NCBI GenBank assembly: GCA_046330135.1
Contig: JAXLTI010000004.1
Coordinates: 1,174,394 to 1,238,393 of the forward strand
DNA from: a bacterium
Lineage (GTDB): Bacteria > ARS69
Length of the DNA stretch: 64,000 bases
Direction: 5' to 3'
The first letter of the stretch is position 1. Every line of letters starts with the position of its first letter. Under the pieces are notes generated by a model. It was not told where the DNA came from. It saw nothing but the letters and a program-made list of their open reading frames with translations, and searched no databases. Positions 43,884-58,553 of the stretch are shown piece after piece. Made by a program: the position numbers and the translations under genes.

Positions 43884-46633
43884 CGCCCGGTCTTCGTTTC
43901 GCGGCTCGGCTTGCCTGCGGCGCGGTCGGGGTACAGGTCGTTCCACCACTCGGGCTGGCCCTTCAACCAGCGATCGAACCAGGCCACGATGGACCGCGAC
44001 CACACGAGGCGCTTCGCGTGGTCGGTGATGAGGTGATCGAGGCCTTCGACCTGCACGTACTCCACCGGCGCGCCGAGCAGCTTCAGCGCCGTGTAGAACG
44101 CATCGCTCTCGCCGGTGGGCACGTTCGTGTCCGACGTCCCGTGCGTGAGGAGAATCGGCGTGCGCACGCTGTCGGCATGGAAGAGCGGGCTCTTGTCCAC
44201 GTAGACGTCGCGGCGATTCCACGGGAAGGACTCCGCGGTGGCGACGCTGCTGTACGAGTAGCCCCAGTATCCGTCGCCCCAGTAGTACTCGAGCGACGAG
44301 ATCCCCGCGTGCGACACCGCGGCGGCGAAGCGGTTCGTCACCGTCACGAGGCGCATCGTGAGGAACCCTCCGTAGGAGGCGCCGATGCAGCCGACGCGCT
44401 TCGTGTCGACGTACGGATGCGTCTCGACGAAGCGATCCGTGCCTTCGATCACTTCCTTCGCCGTTTTCTCGCCCCAGTCGTTCACGTGCGCGGCCGAGAA
44501 GCGCTGCCCCCAGCCGATCGCGCCCGACGGCTGCAGCACGTAGACCACGTAGCCCTCGGCCGCCCACCACTCCAAGGGATAGCGCCCGCCGAAGTCGCGC
44601 TCCACTGGCGCCGTGCCGCCGTAGTAGTACACGATGCACGGGTACTTCGCGCTCGGGTCGAAGTCCGGCGGGAGATAGAAGCGCCCGTCGATGGTTACGC
44701 CGCTCGAGGCCGTGAAGCTCCACGGCTCCACCTTTCCGCGGCGCACGCGGGCGAAGCGATGCGCGGCCGGCCGGTCGAGCACGCGGTGCGCGCCGGTGCG
44801 CAGGTCGAGCGACACGAGCGAGGGCGGGCTCCACGGGGAGGTGGCGGTGAGCACGAGGACGGGCGCTTGCCGAGCGAGGCTCATCGACCGCACGACGTCC
44901 TCGCCCACCTCCAGGCGCGTGAACGTCTTCGCGACGGGATCGTAGCGATAGAGGCGCTGGCAGTCGCCCTCCGCGACGCGCAGATAGATCATCCCGTCCG
45001 CGCGGCTCCACTCCGCGTCGAGAACCGCGGGGTCGAAGTCGCGCGTGATGCACTCCGCGGCGTTCGACGACGGATCCCACACGTACAGCTCCTGGTCGAA
45101 CTCGTTCGGAATGACGCTGTCCGGCAGCGAGCGTCCGACCTTGCCGAGCTCCGAGGACCCGCCGCGCAGCAGGATCCGCGTGCCGTCCGGGGAGTACCCG
45201 GCGTCGTTCAGCCACGGCTCGTCGCGGAGCTTCTTCGCCGCGAAGGTGGCGAGATCCAGCTCCCACAGCTCCGTCCGCTCGAACGGGCGCTCCGTGAGAT
45301 CCTCGACGGTGCGCGTGAAGAGGAGCCTCTTCCCGTCCGCGGAGAAGGACACCGCGCCGGTCGTGATCGGCCCCGCCGTCAGCCGGCGCACCGTACGGCC
45401 GGGCAGAGCGAGGAGGCTCAGGTGCGACTTCTCCCGGTAGTTCGCCTGCCGGTCGGCGAGCCCTTCGAGGCGCTTCAGCCCGCGCGAGTCCGGGTCCGGC
45501 GAGACCGAGGTGGAAAAGACGAGCGCCGTCCCGTCCGGCGACCAGGCGTAGCTCTCCAGGTTCTCGACGCGCTCCAGCAACGGCCCGGTGCGTCCCGTGT
45601 CCAGCTCCGCGACCCAGATCGTGCCGAGCGACTTCTTCGTCTTCGCGTCGTCGTCGCCGCCCGCGCTCTCGGTCGTGAGGTAGCTGATCGCGCGCCCGTC
45701 GGGGCGCCACGCGAGCTGCCGGCCCGTGAATCCGCCGCGCCAGGTGCTGACGAGATCGCCGTTCTCGGTCGAGCGGATTTCCGCCCACGTCTCGCTGCGG
45801 TCGGAGCCGGCGACCACGCGCTCGAGGCTCGCGACCACGCGCTTGCCGTCCGGGGACGTGGCGATCGACGTGACGTGCGGCAGGTCGACGACGTCGAGGA
45901 TGTCGACGTCGCGCTCGGGGTCGAGCGAGAAGGAGAGCTGCGCGGGGAGCGAGTCCGGCGGCAAGCGGAGCGACGCGCCGGCCATCCAGTTCGCGCCCCG
46001 CGAGGGATCCAGCACCGTCTCGACGACGAGCAAGTGCTTCCCGCGCGTCAGCTTCACCTTGCCCTGGACTTCCGCGCGCGCGGAGTCGAGCCCGCCGGAG
46101 GCCACCGGCTCGTCGTCGAGCCAGGCGCGCCGGGGGTGCGAGCCGAGCACCACGAGATCGCACGCGGTGAAGCGCGCGACCGAGACGTAGGCGGCGAGGC
46201 GCGCGACCTGAGGCGGGCTCTCGGACACGCCAGGCTCAGCTCGAGGCGGACGGGCCGCGCCGCGCGGAAGGGACACTTCGCCGTCTTTCGCGTCCGTCGC
46301 GCGCCAGGGCAGCACGGCGCCGCCGGGCCAGGCCACGCTCGAGTCGGCGGCCGGCGGATCCGCGTCGCGCGCGAAGCGATCGTCCTTCAGGAGGTCCTCG
46401 AGCCCGTACGCGAAGGGGGTGTCGCCGTGGAAGACCGGCAGCACGGCCGGCGCCGGGCCGAGGACGAGCCAGCGGGAAACGGGCGAAGGGGCGGGGCGCT
46501 TGGCCGGCGACGTCTTCGTCGATCCGGCAGGAGAGGCCTTCGCGACGGTGGCCGACGCCGGCCAAGCCCACGTCAGCGCGAGGAGGAGCGTGCCGGCCAG
46601 GACCCCATCGAAACCGCCGCGGCGCAAGCGCAT
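43880..46633 (-). CDS. S9-family serine peptidase with N-terminal beta-propeller (prolyl oligopeptidase/acylaminoacyl peptidase-like), secreted
   Basis: Signal peptide and WD40-like propeller repeats (YAWSPDGT, AGYSPDGT). Catalytic triad region CIGASYGGFLT (GxSxGG), with Asp and His blocks (THGTSDTNV, GLDHLI). Confidence 0.8.
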   Translation of the reverse strand: MRLRRGGFDGVLAGTLLLALTWAWPASATVAKASPAGSTKTSPAKRPAPSPVSRWLVLGPAPAVLPVFHGDTPFAYGLEDLLKDDRFARDADPPAADSSVAWPGGAVLPWRATDAKDGEVSLPRGAARPPRAEPGVSESPPQVARLAAYVSVARFTACDLVVLGSHPRRAWLDDEPVASGGLDSARAEVQGKVKLTRGKHLLVVETVLDPSRGANWMAGASLRLPPDSLPAQLSFSLDPERDVDILDVVDLPHVTSIATSPDGKRVVASLERVVAGSDRSETWAEIRSTENGDLVSTWRGGFTGRQLAWRPDGRAISYLTTESAGGDDDAKTKKSLGTIWVAELDTGRTGPLLERVENLESYAWSPDGTALVFSTSVSPDPDSRGLKRLEGLADRQANYREKSHLSLLALPGRTVRRLTAGPITTGAVSFSADGKRLLFTRTVEDLTERPFERTELWELDLATFAAKKLRDEPWLNDAGYSPDGTRILLRGGSSELGKVGRSLPDSVIPNEFDQELYVWDPSSNAAECITRDFDPAVLDAEWSRADGMIYLRVAEGDCQRLYRYDPVAKTFTRLEVGEDVVRSMSLARQAPVLVLTATSPWSPPSLVSLDLRTGAHRVLDRPAAHRFARVRRGKVEPWSFTASSGVTIDGRFYLPPDFDPSAKYPCIVYYYGGTAPVERDFGGRYPLEWWAAEGYVVYVLQPSGAIGWGQRFSAAHVNDWGEKTAKEVIEGTDRFVETHPYVDTKRVGCIGASYGGFLTMRLVTVTNRFAAAVSHAGISSLEYYWGDGYWGYSYSSVATAESFPWNRRDVYVDKSPLFHADSVRTPILLTHGTSDTNVPTGESDAFYTALKLLGAPVEYVQVEGLDHLITDHAKRLVWSRSIVAWFDRWLKGQPEWWNDLYPDRAAGKPSRETKTGR

Positions 46634-46637
46634 CCCG

Positions 46638-47414
46638 CTACTCGCCGCGGAACTCGGCCGGGCGCTTGTCGAGGAAGGCGGTCATCCCTTCCTTCACGTC
46701 GGCCGTGGAGTTCAACACCGTCTGCGCCACGATCTCGAGCTGCATTCCCCAATCGGCCGGGACGTTCGAGGAGGCCTGCAGCACCATCTTCGCGAGACGC
46801 AGCGCCACGGGCGCGCGCTTCGCGATGCGCTCGGCCAGCTCCCGGGCGGCGGCCGCCAGCTCCGCCGGCGCCACGACCCGGCTCACGAGCCCGATGCGCA
46901 GCGCGCTCTCCGCGTCGTGGATCGTGCCGGCGAGGATCATGTCCTTCGCGAGGCCGAGCCCCACGATCCGCGGCAAGCGCTGCGTGCCTCCGGCGCCGGG
47001 AAGGATGCCGAGCCCCGTCTCCGGGAGCCCGAGCTTCGCGTTGGCCGACGCGATGCGGAGGTCGCACGCGAGCGCCAGCTCGAGCCCGCCGCCGAGCGCC
47101 CAGCCGTTGATCGCGGCGATCGTGGGGAAGGGGAGGCTCTCGAGACGCGCGAAGAGGCGGTTGTTCGCGGCCGCGAGGACGTCGGCGTTCGAGCGCGCCA
47201 GGAGCGTTCGCACGTCGGCGCCGGCGACGAAGACCTGATCGCCCGCGCCGGTCACTATCAGCACGCGGGTGACCGCGCCGCGCTCGATCTCGTCGAAGGC
47301 CGCGTGCAGCTCGCGCACCGTGTCCGCGTCGAGGGCGTTGCGCGCGGCGGGTCGATCGATCGTGACGAGGGCGATGGCGCCGTCCGTCGCCAGGCGAATC
47401 CTCTCGAACGACAT
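46638..47414 (-). CDS. enoyl-CoA hydratase/isomerase (crotonase) family protein
   Basis: ALVTIDRPAARNAL, VTGAGDQVFVAGADV, and INGWALGGGLELALACD oxyanion-hole/catalytic Glu region. Confidence 0.8.
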   Translation of the reverse strand: MSFERIRLATDGAIALVTIDRPAARNALDADTVRELHAAFDEIERGAVTRVLIVTGAGDQVFVAGADVRTLLARSNADVLAAANNRLFARLESLPFPTIAAINGWALGGGLELALACDLRIASANAKLGLPETGLGILPGAGGTQRLPRIVGLGLAKDMILAGTIHDAESALRIGLVSRVVAPAELAAAARELAERIAKRAPVALRLAKMVLQASSNVPADWGMQLEIVAQTVLNSTADVKEGMTAFLDKRPAEFRGE

Positions 47415-47476
47415 GGATCCTCCTTCGTCGCGCTCGGGTGTCGCGGCGGAGCGGATCGTAGCGGAATCGAGAGGGA

Positions 47477-48190
47477 GTGCCCACCGCAGGCGACGCGATC
47501 GTCAACGCGGGGATGCGCCGGCGGGCGAGGCGGCTGCGTTCGCCTCGAAGGGAGCGCCGGGAGGGCGTCCTCGCGGCCGGAGGCGCCCGGGGCCGGCGGA
47601 ATGCGCCTTGCAAGGGGGAACGCGCACGCGCGGGAAGGAGGTGCGTCGCCACGCATCCACGACGGCTCGCGGCGTTCGTTCTCGCGGGGGTGGCGCTCGG
47701 CGTGTCCGGGATGGCGGAGCTCGCGACGGCGCGGTGGCCGGTCCCCGCGCTGGTCGCGTGGGCACGGGATGCCCGCTTCCTGGGAGAGGGCGGCGTGCGG
47801 CAGCGGCGCGCCACGGACTGCGGCCCGGCCGCGCTCACGGAGGCGCTCCGATGTCTCGGGATGGACGTGCCGTACCCCGACCCGGAAGGGGGCATCGCGC
47901 TCGGTCCGCGGGGCTGCGGGCTGGATGACCTGGAGCGGGCGGCCGCCCGTCGCGGAGCGGTCGCGCGGATGCGTCGCCTCGATCCGCCGGAGCTGGACGG
48001 CGTGCGCGCGCCGGCGGTGCTGCACCTCCGCGAGGGTCACTTCGTGGTCTTCGAGGGGAGAGGCCCTTCCGGCGGCGTCCTGATCGTCGACCCCTCGCTG
48101 GGGCGCCTGGAGCAGTCGTCGAGAAACCTCGCCCGGCATTGGTCCGGGTGGGTCCTGGAGTTGAGTCTCCCCGAGAGGAGGAACCCATGA
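47477..48190 (+). CDS. standalone C39-like papain-fold cysteine peptidase domain protein (membrane-anchored)
   Basis: C39 signature RRATDCGPAALTEALRCLG (catalytic Cys) and EGHFVVFEG (His), preceded by a hydrophobic anchor LAAFVLAGVALGVSG. There is no ABC transporter domain. Its stop overlaps the ATG of the downstream small ORF (ATGA). Start position is uncertain. Confidence 0.5.
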   Translation: MPTAGDAIVNAGMRRRARRLRSPRRERREGVLAAGGARGRRNAPCKGERARAGRRCVATHPRRLAAFVLAGVALGVSGMAELATARWPVPALVAWARDARFLGEGGVRQRRATDCGPAALTEALRCLGMDVPYPDPEGGIALGPRGCGLDDLERAAARRGAVARMRRLDPPELDGVRAPAVLHLREGHFVVFEGRGPSGGVLIVDPSLGRLEQSSRNLARHWSGWVLELSLPERRNP

Positions 48191-48411
48191 AGGCGCGTTG
48201 GAAGGCGGCGGTCGTCGTGACCGCTCTTGGCATCCTCAGCTCGAGCGGAGGGGCGTCGGGGATCTCCTCCCCGGGGCGAGAGGTCCCCAGCGGCGGACGG
48301 AATCTGCAGGGATGCCTCCTGGGAATCCAAGCCTGCTCACTGGGCCGGAACACCGGGGACGGGCTCCTGGAGATTGCCGGAGGAGTCCTCGCTTATTTCA
48401 GCTGCCGCTGA
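48187..48411 (+). CDS. small secreted Cys-containing peptide (74 aa), possible precursor peptide
   Basis: ATG 48187 with GAGAGGAGGAA RBS. Sequence MKARWKAAVVVTALGILSSSGGASGISSPGREVPSGGRNLQGCLLGIQACSLGRNTGDGLLEIAGGVLAYFSCR has three Cys and several Gly-Gly sites. Translationally coupled to the C39-like gene. Confidence 0.35.
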   Translation: MKARWKAAVVVTALGILSSSGGASGISSPGREVPSGGRNLQGCLLGIQACSLGRNTGDGLLEIAGGVLAYFSCR

Positions 48412-48493
48412 CCGCCGATGACGAGGGTGGTAGGATTCAGGTGGTTCCGGGGAGGTGGCCGGGAATCCCGTCCCCCGGGTGAAGGAGGGCGTC

Positions 48494-49300
48494 GTGAGCT
48501 CCTATCGCGAAGCTCCGCAGCCGTCCCGTGTGCTCGGCGAGACCAACTCGGGAGCGCGCAACCTGCCGCGCTTCCTCTGCTCGTTGCTCGAGCCGGGCCC
48601 GGTTCTCGTCCTCGGTGCGTCGGAGGCGGCGCTCGAAGCCGCCAACCACCATGACGTCACGGTTCTCGATTGGAACCACGCGCGTCTGGCCGCGCTCGGA
48701 GAGATGGCCCGCGATCGCGGCAACGACGTGAGGCTCCTCTGCCGGAACCCGGTTCACGAGGATCTCGGTCTGGCGCCGCGCAGCTACCGGAACGTCGTCT
48801 GTCTCGACGTTCTCGAGCGTCTTCCCAACGACGTCGCGGTCCTGGAGAAGCTGCAGCGCGTGCTGGAGGCCGGCGGGCGTCTCGTCGTCCGCGTGCCGGC
48901 GCGGCCGTGGTCCCGGAACGGCGTCGCAGCGGACTTCGGCGCGCGTCGCTACGACTCCGAGAGCCTGCGAAGCGCGCTCGAGGAAGCGGCGTTCCGCACG
49001 ATCCGGGTGCGGCACTGGAATCTCGTGGGCGTGCCGTCGGCCCTGCTCGAAGGGAGGCGTAGGCAGCCCGACGACGCGGAGGGGCGGCGTGTCTCGCGCC
49101 GCCGGCCGTGGTGGGATTCCACGGTGGACCTCTGGTACCGGGAGGTCGAGCGACGCGTGAGCTTCCCGGTGGGAGTGAGTCTCGTCGCGGTGGCCACGCC
49201 GTTCCTGGAGAGGGCCCGCGTGGAGCGGCCGGACTTCACCCGCGCGCTCAGGCGGCGCGGGCACCGCGAGGCGTACGAGCCGATGGCCGCGGCTCGCTGA
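48494..49300 (+). CDS. class I SAM-dependent methyltransferase
   Basis: GTG 48494 with GAAGGAGGG RBS. VLVLGASEAALEAA, VVCLDVLERL and LEAGGRLVV motifs. Confidence 0.6.
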   Translation: MSSYREAPQPSRVLGETNSGARNLPRFLCSLLEPGPVLVLGASEAALEAANHHDVTVLDWNHARLAALGEMARDRGNDVRLLCRNPVHEDLGLAPRSYRNVVCLDVLERLPNDVAVLEKLQRVLEAGGRLVVRVPARPWSRNGVAADFGARRYDSESLRSALEEAAFRTIRVRHWNLVGVPSALLEGRRRQPDDAEGRRVSRRRPWWDSTVDLWYREVERRVSFPVGVSLVAVATPFLERARVERPDFTRALRRRGHREAYEPMAAAR

Positions 49301-49358
49301 GGCTCGCCGCCCCGCCGAGATCCCCCGGGAGATTCGGCTCGAGGACCGGCCCGTCGCG

Positions 49359-49742
49359 CTACGTGCGGCGGGAGTGGCTCTGCACGCGCCGCATGACGAG
49401 GGAGCGGTGCTTCGCGTCGGCGAACTCCTCGCCGCGCCCCTTGCCGCGCAGCTCGTCCACGAGCTTGTCCGCGGCCGCCACGTCCACGTCCGCCACCTCG
49501 GACGCCGCCTCGGTCAGCACGGTCACCTTGTCGGCGGCGACCTGGACGAAGCCGCCCTCCACGAAGAGCTCGCGCGTCTTGCCGCCGCTCGTGACCCGCA
49601 GCACGCCGACTCCCAGCTTCGCGAGGAGCCGCGCATGTCCGGGGAGGATGCCGATCTCGCCGTCGTGCGCGGGCACGACCACCCGCTCGGCGTCCTCGTC
49701 GAGGATCGCCCGCTCCGGCGTGACGACGGTGCATTTCAGCAT
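49359..49742 (-). CDS. atpC: F1Fo ATP synthase epsilon subunit
   Basis: MLKCTVVTPERAILDEDAERVVVPAHDGEIGILPGHARLLAKL is a canonical epsilon N-terminal beta-sandwich. Confidence 0.85.
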   Translation of the reverse strand: MLKCTVVTPERAILDEDAERVVVPAHDGEIGILPGHARLLAKLGVGVLRVTSGGKTRELFVEGGFVQVAADKVTVLTEAASEVADVDVAAADKLVDELRGKGRGEEFADAKHRSLVMRRVQSHSRRT

Positions 49743-49824
49743 GGTCAGCGAGCCCTCCCGCCCCGAACGGCCGTCGCCCGGCGCGCGGCCCGTTCGCCGG
49801 GCGGCACCGGATGCGAAGGCGACA

Positions 49825-52222
<2,398 letters not shown>

Positions 52223-52240
52223 GTCGAGGTCTCCTGGGTC

Positions 52241-54314
<2,074 letters not shown>

Positions 54315-54318
<4 letters not shown>

Positions 54319-54974
54319 GATCCCGTCCGCGCCCCCGTGCCCTTCGACTCCGTCTGCATCTGCTCGACGAGCTCCTTCACCAGCCGCTCCTGGTCGGCGC
54401 CGTCGAGACGTCGGCCGAGGATGCGCCCCGCGAGGTCCGTCGAAAGGTCCGCCGCCAGGTTCCAGATCTCCTGAATCGCGGCGTCCTTCTGGAGCTCGAT
54501 CTCCCGCCGCGCGCGGTCCTTGAACTCCGTCGCCTCCTTCTGAGCGGTGGCGCGGATCTCCTCCTGCACGCGGCGACCGTCCGAGCGAGCCTCGTCCAGG
54601 ATGGCGCGCGCCTCGTCCTTCGCGGACTTCAGCATCTCCTGGTACTTCCCGAGCAGCGCCTCCGCCTCGTTCTTGATGCGGCGCGCGTCCTCGATGGCGC
54701 CCTCGATGCTCCGCTGGCGGTCGGCGAGCGACTTGGCGAGCGGCTTCCACGCGGTCATCCGCAGGACCAGGAGGACCACGAGGAACGTGACGATGGTCCA
54801 GATGAGCAGCCCCGGCTCCACGCTGAAGAGGCTGGGCGCCGCGTGCGCAGCCTCCGCGCCGGCAGCCGTCTCGGCCGCGTGCGACTCGACGCCGCCCGGA
54901 GGCGCCTGCGCGAGCGCTGCGGCCGGAAGCGCCGCGAGGCAGAGCGCCCCGAGCGGGAAGTCGATTCGTTTCAC
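54315..54974 (-). CDS. atpF: F1Fo ATP synthase subunit b
   Basis: Single TM LIWTIVTFLVVLLVL followed by a long charged coiled coil. Confidence 0.8.
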
Positions 54975-55008
54975 GACGTGCCCTCCCTCGCCGATCGCTC
55001 GACCGCGA

Positions 55009-56049
<1,041 letters not shown>

Positions 56050-56053
<4 letters not shown>

Positions 56054-56481
56054 CGCGGCGCCTCGAGGGGCTGCCGGGCGAGGATCCACGCCTCGAGAAC
56101 GATGAGTGCGAAGTAGAACCCGACGAGCCACAACACGAACGCGGCGGGCCGCAGCCCCGCGCCGGCCACGAGCGTGGCGACGACGCCGAAGAGCAGGAGC
56201 ATCCGCGTCACGAAGCCGCCGACCACGAGCTTCGTCGCGAATCGGTCGGGTCCCCGGAAGGCGAGCTGCGCCAGCCAGAAGCCGCCCACGACGGTGAAGA
56301 GGCTCGCCGCGGCGCCCACCGCCATCATCACGAGGGCTTCAGTCCCTCCGAGCAGAATCGTGGGGAGAGCTGCGGCCGCCGCGAGGATCAGCGTGGCCAG
56401 GGCCAGCAGCGCGGGGATCCGACGCCGAGGAATGGCCGTCGTCCGGAGGACGGGTCTCTCGGTACAGGAGATAGAAGCCAA
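56050..56481 (-). CDS. atpI: ATP synthase protein I (AtpI-like, 4 TM)
   Basis: Position immediately upstream of atpB. Four hydrophobic helices. Overlaps the atpZ tail by about 140 bp in another frame, so the true start may be internal. Confidence 0.5.
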
Positions 56482-56647
56482 CGCCAGCTCCCAAGAACGT
56501 CCCGACCAGGGTCAGGATCCCGGTCGACAAATGCAGGCGGCGATCCAGCCAGTGTCCAGCCCAGATCGCCCCCAGCACGATGACGGCAAACTGGATTCCG
56601 AGGTGCGAGTACCGGAGGATCTCGGAAGGTCCCGAACGACCCGCCAC
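56339..56647 (-). CDS. atpZ: AtpZ/ATPase_gene1-family small membrane protein
   Basis: LGIQFAVIVLGAIWAGHWLDRRLHLSTGILTLVGTFLGAGVGFYLLYRETR matches the ATPase_gene1 pattern. The low-complexity C-terminal tail overlaps atpI. Confidence 0.5.
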   Translation of the reverse strand: MAGRSGPSEILRYSHLGIQFAVIVLGAIWAGHWLDRRLHLSTGILTLVGTFLGAGVGFYLLYRETRPPDDGHSSASDPRAAGPGHADPRGGRSSPHDSARRD

Positions 56648-57238
56648 AGGACCTCCGCCAGCCGTCCACGTGGACCCGGAAGGGTCCGAGCGGCAGCTTC
56701 CGACGCGCTCAGGGCCCCCGGAGGCCGAAGGTGTTCAGCCGGTTTCCCCACGCCCGCCCGCGAAGGAGGCACGGTACGGGCCTTTGCGGAAGCTCGCAAG
56801 TGTTTTCGTTCACAAGCAGGGTCAGTCAACCCTCTCGTGGGCAGCGTCCCTCCCGTCGGTGCCGGGCCTCGTAGCCGGAATTGGCTCTCCGCTAGATTCG
56901 TGAGCGAAAGTCCGGCACCCTGGATGCCGATCTAGGGGGGACCGCCGTCGATCCGGTCCGGGTGGTGCCCCGGGGCGCTTTTCCCCGGCTTCACCCCTTG
57001 CGTTCGGACCCCGGGGTTGTGCTAGAATGGCCACCGGCCCGGGAGGCCAGGGTGCCTTCGTAGGAAATGACCTCTGGGGCCGCGCGGAATCTCGGTGCGC
57101 GGCGGTGCTGGGGCGGAAAGGGCGAGCTCCTTCGAATGAAGGGCTTGAACTCATGCCCTGGGATTGCTAGAGTAGCGAGTGCGAACAGGGTCCACTCAAC
57201 CCGGTGTCGCGCTCACTGAATCGATTCGGAGGAACACC

Positions 57239-57790
57239 ATGAAGCGTATCCTGACGATTGCTCTCGCTCTGTTGGTGATCGCGATGCCGGCGTTTGCCCA
57301 GCAGCAGTACGGCTGGACGGTCAGCGCCAGCCAGACCGACCCGCACATGAACACCGGCGGCCTCGCTGCTGGCGGGCTCGGGCACCTGTACCTCTGGTAC
57401 TTCTGCAACGCCCCGATGGGAATGTCGGCTGCGGACATGGGCCTGGCGGCCACGGGCGTCGTCTTCGCGGGCTTCTCGCCGTTGAACGGCTTCCTGAACG
57501 CGGGCTCCGGCCAGAACCTGCTGCTCGCGGTCGGTGGCTGCCCGAACGGCCCGGTCGCGGCGGGTGACATCACCGTCTTCTACTTCGGTGGCGCTGGCAG
57601 CATGTGCATCGTCAACTCGAACAACAACATTCGTGTGACGGTGGACTGCACCTCCCCCACGCCGAGCGCGTGGGACATCCACGCTGTCGGTTGGGATGCC
57701 CTCGCGGCGCCCGCCTGCAGCGAAGTGCTCTGCCCGCCCACGGCCGTCGAGCCTCAGAACTGGGGCGCGATCAAGAGCCTGTACCGCTAA
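57239..57790 (+). CDS. small secreted protein: standalone QQYGW/DPHxNTGG domain with a W-x-x-IK-x-LYR C-terminal tail
   Basis: ATG 57239 with GGAGG RBS. Signal peptide MKRILTIALALLVIAMPAFA. About 60% identical over about 150 aa to the N-terminal domain of the 4230..6140 protein. Ends EPQNWGAIKSLYR. Confidence 0.65.
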   Translation: MKRILTIALALLVIAMPAFAQQQYGWTVSASQTDPHMNTGGLAAGGLGHLYLWYFCNAPMGMSAADMGLAATGVVFAGFSPLNGFLNAGSGQNLLLAVGGCPNGPVAAGDITVFYFGGAGSMCIVNSNNNIRVTVDCTSPTPSAWDIHAVGWDALAAPACSEVLCPPTAVEPQNWGAIKSLYR

Positions 57791-57820
57791 CGCTGGTACT
57801 GGGTTCGGCCCAGAAAAAGT

Positions 57821-57855
57821 GCGGGGCCTCCTCTCGGAGGCCCCGCTTCTTTTTG
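57821..57855. terminator. bidirectional Rho-independent terminator
   Basis: AAAAAGT-GCGGGGCCTCC-TCTC-GGAGGCCCCGC-TTCTTTTT is a perfect 11-bp GC stem with a 4-nt loop, flanked by an A-tract and a T-tract. It lies between the convergent genes at 57790 (+) and 57921 (-). Confidence 0.7.
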
Positions 57856-57920
57856 CCCAGCGCGAGCGCGATCTCTCGCGAGACGCCGCAACGACCGAAC
57901 GGCTGAGGGCGTGCCGCGGA

Positions 57921-58553
57921 TCAGCCGAAGCTTCCGGGCATCACGACCTGCAGTGCGTGCACGAGAAGACGCTCGGCCCTCCGCAGCTGACGCACGTGGT
58001 AGGGCTCGTCGGAGGAATTCCACAGGAACGCGAACGCGGCGGGCACCGTGTCCATGCTACGCGCCCGCTGATTCCGGAGGGACAGCACTTCCACCAGCTC
58101 CTCGGCGGACCACACGTCAGGTCGCAGCCGATCCACGTCCATCCAGATCTCACGGAATCCGAAGAGCAGCTCTTGGATGTCGTGCATCGCGGCGCCGTGC
58201 TTCAGGAGGTACCGAACGACTCGGTCCATCTCCGGCAGGTCGGCGAACTCCTCGACTTGCGGCAGCTTCGGTGAGCGCCCGTGCGAGCGCATCGCCTTCG
58301 GCAGGAACTCCACGCTCGCCTCGACGCCCTGCTGGCCGAGCCAGCGGAAAGCGCCGCGAATCGGGCCCCCGTCATATCCGATCATCCACGAGGCGGCGTA
58401 TTCGGGCGGACCCGAGCCGTGGGGTGGGGGACCCCAGGGAGGAGTGACCTTCTCGAAGCGCGAGAGACGGTAAAGGTCCTTCGGAAGCGGCTGCTCGAGG
58501 AACGCCGCCACGAGCTCCGGAGCGGTCCGGTAGATCGAACGAGTGCCGGGCAC
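57921..58553 (-). CDS. hypothetical protein
   Basis: C-terminal 210 aa of the 371-aa table ORF have normal composition (start set at GTG 58553). The upstream part is Pro/Arg/Gly-rich and overlaps the thiC leader. No family recognised. Confidence 0.4.
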   Translation of the reverse strand: MPGTRSIYRTAPELVAAFLEQPLPKDLYRLSRFEKVTPPWGPPPHGSGPPEYAASWMIGYDGGPIRGAFRWLGQQGVEASVEFLPKAMRSHGRSPKLPQVEEFADLPEMDRVVRYLLKHGAAMHDIQELLFGFREIWMDVDRLRPDVWSAEELVEVLSLRNQRARSMDTVPAAFAFLWNSSDEPYHVRQLRRAERLLVHALQVVMPGSFG

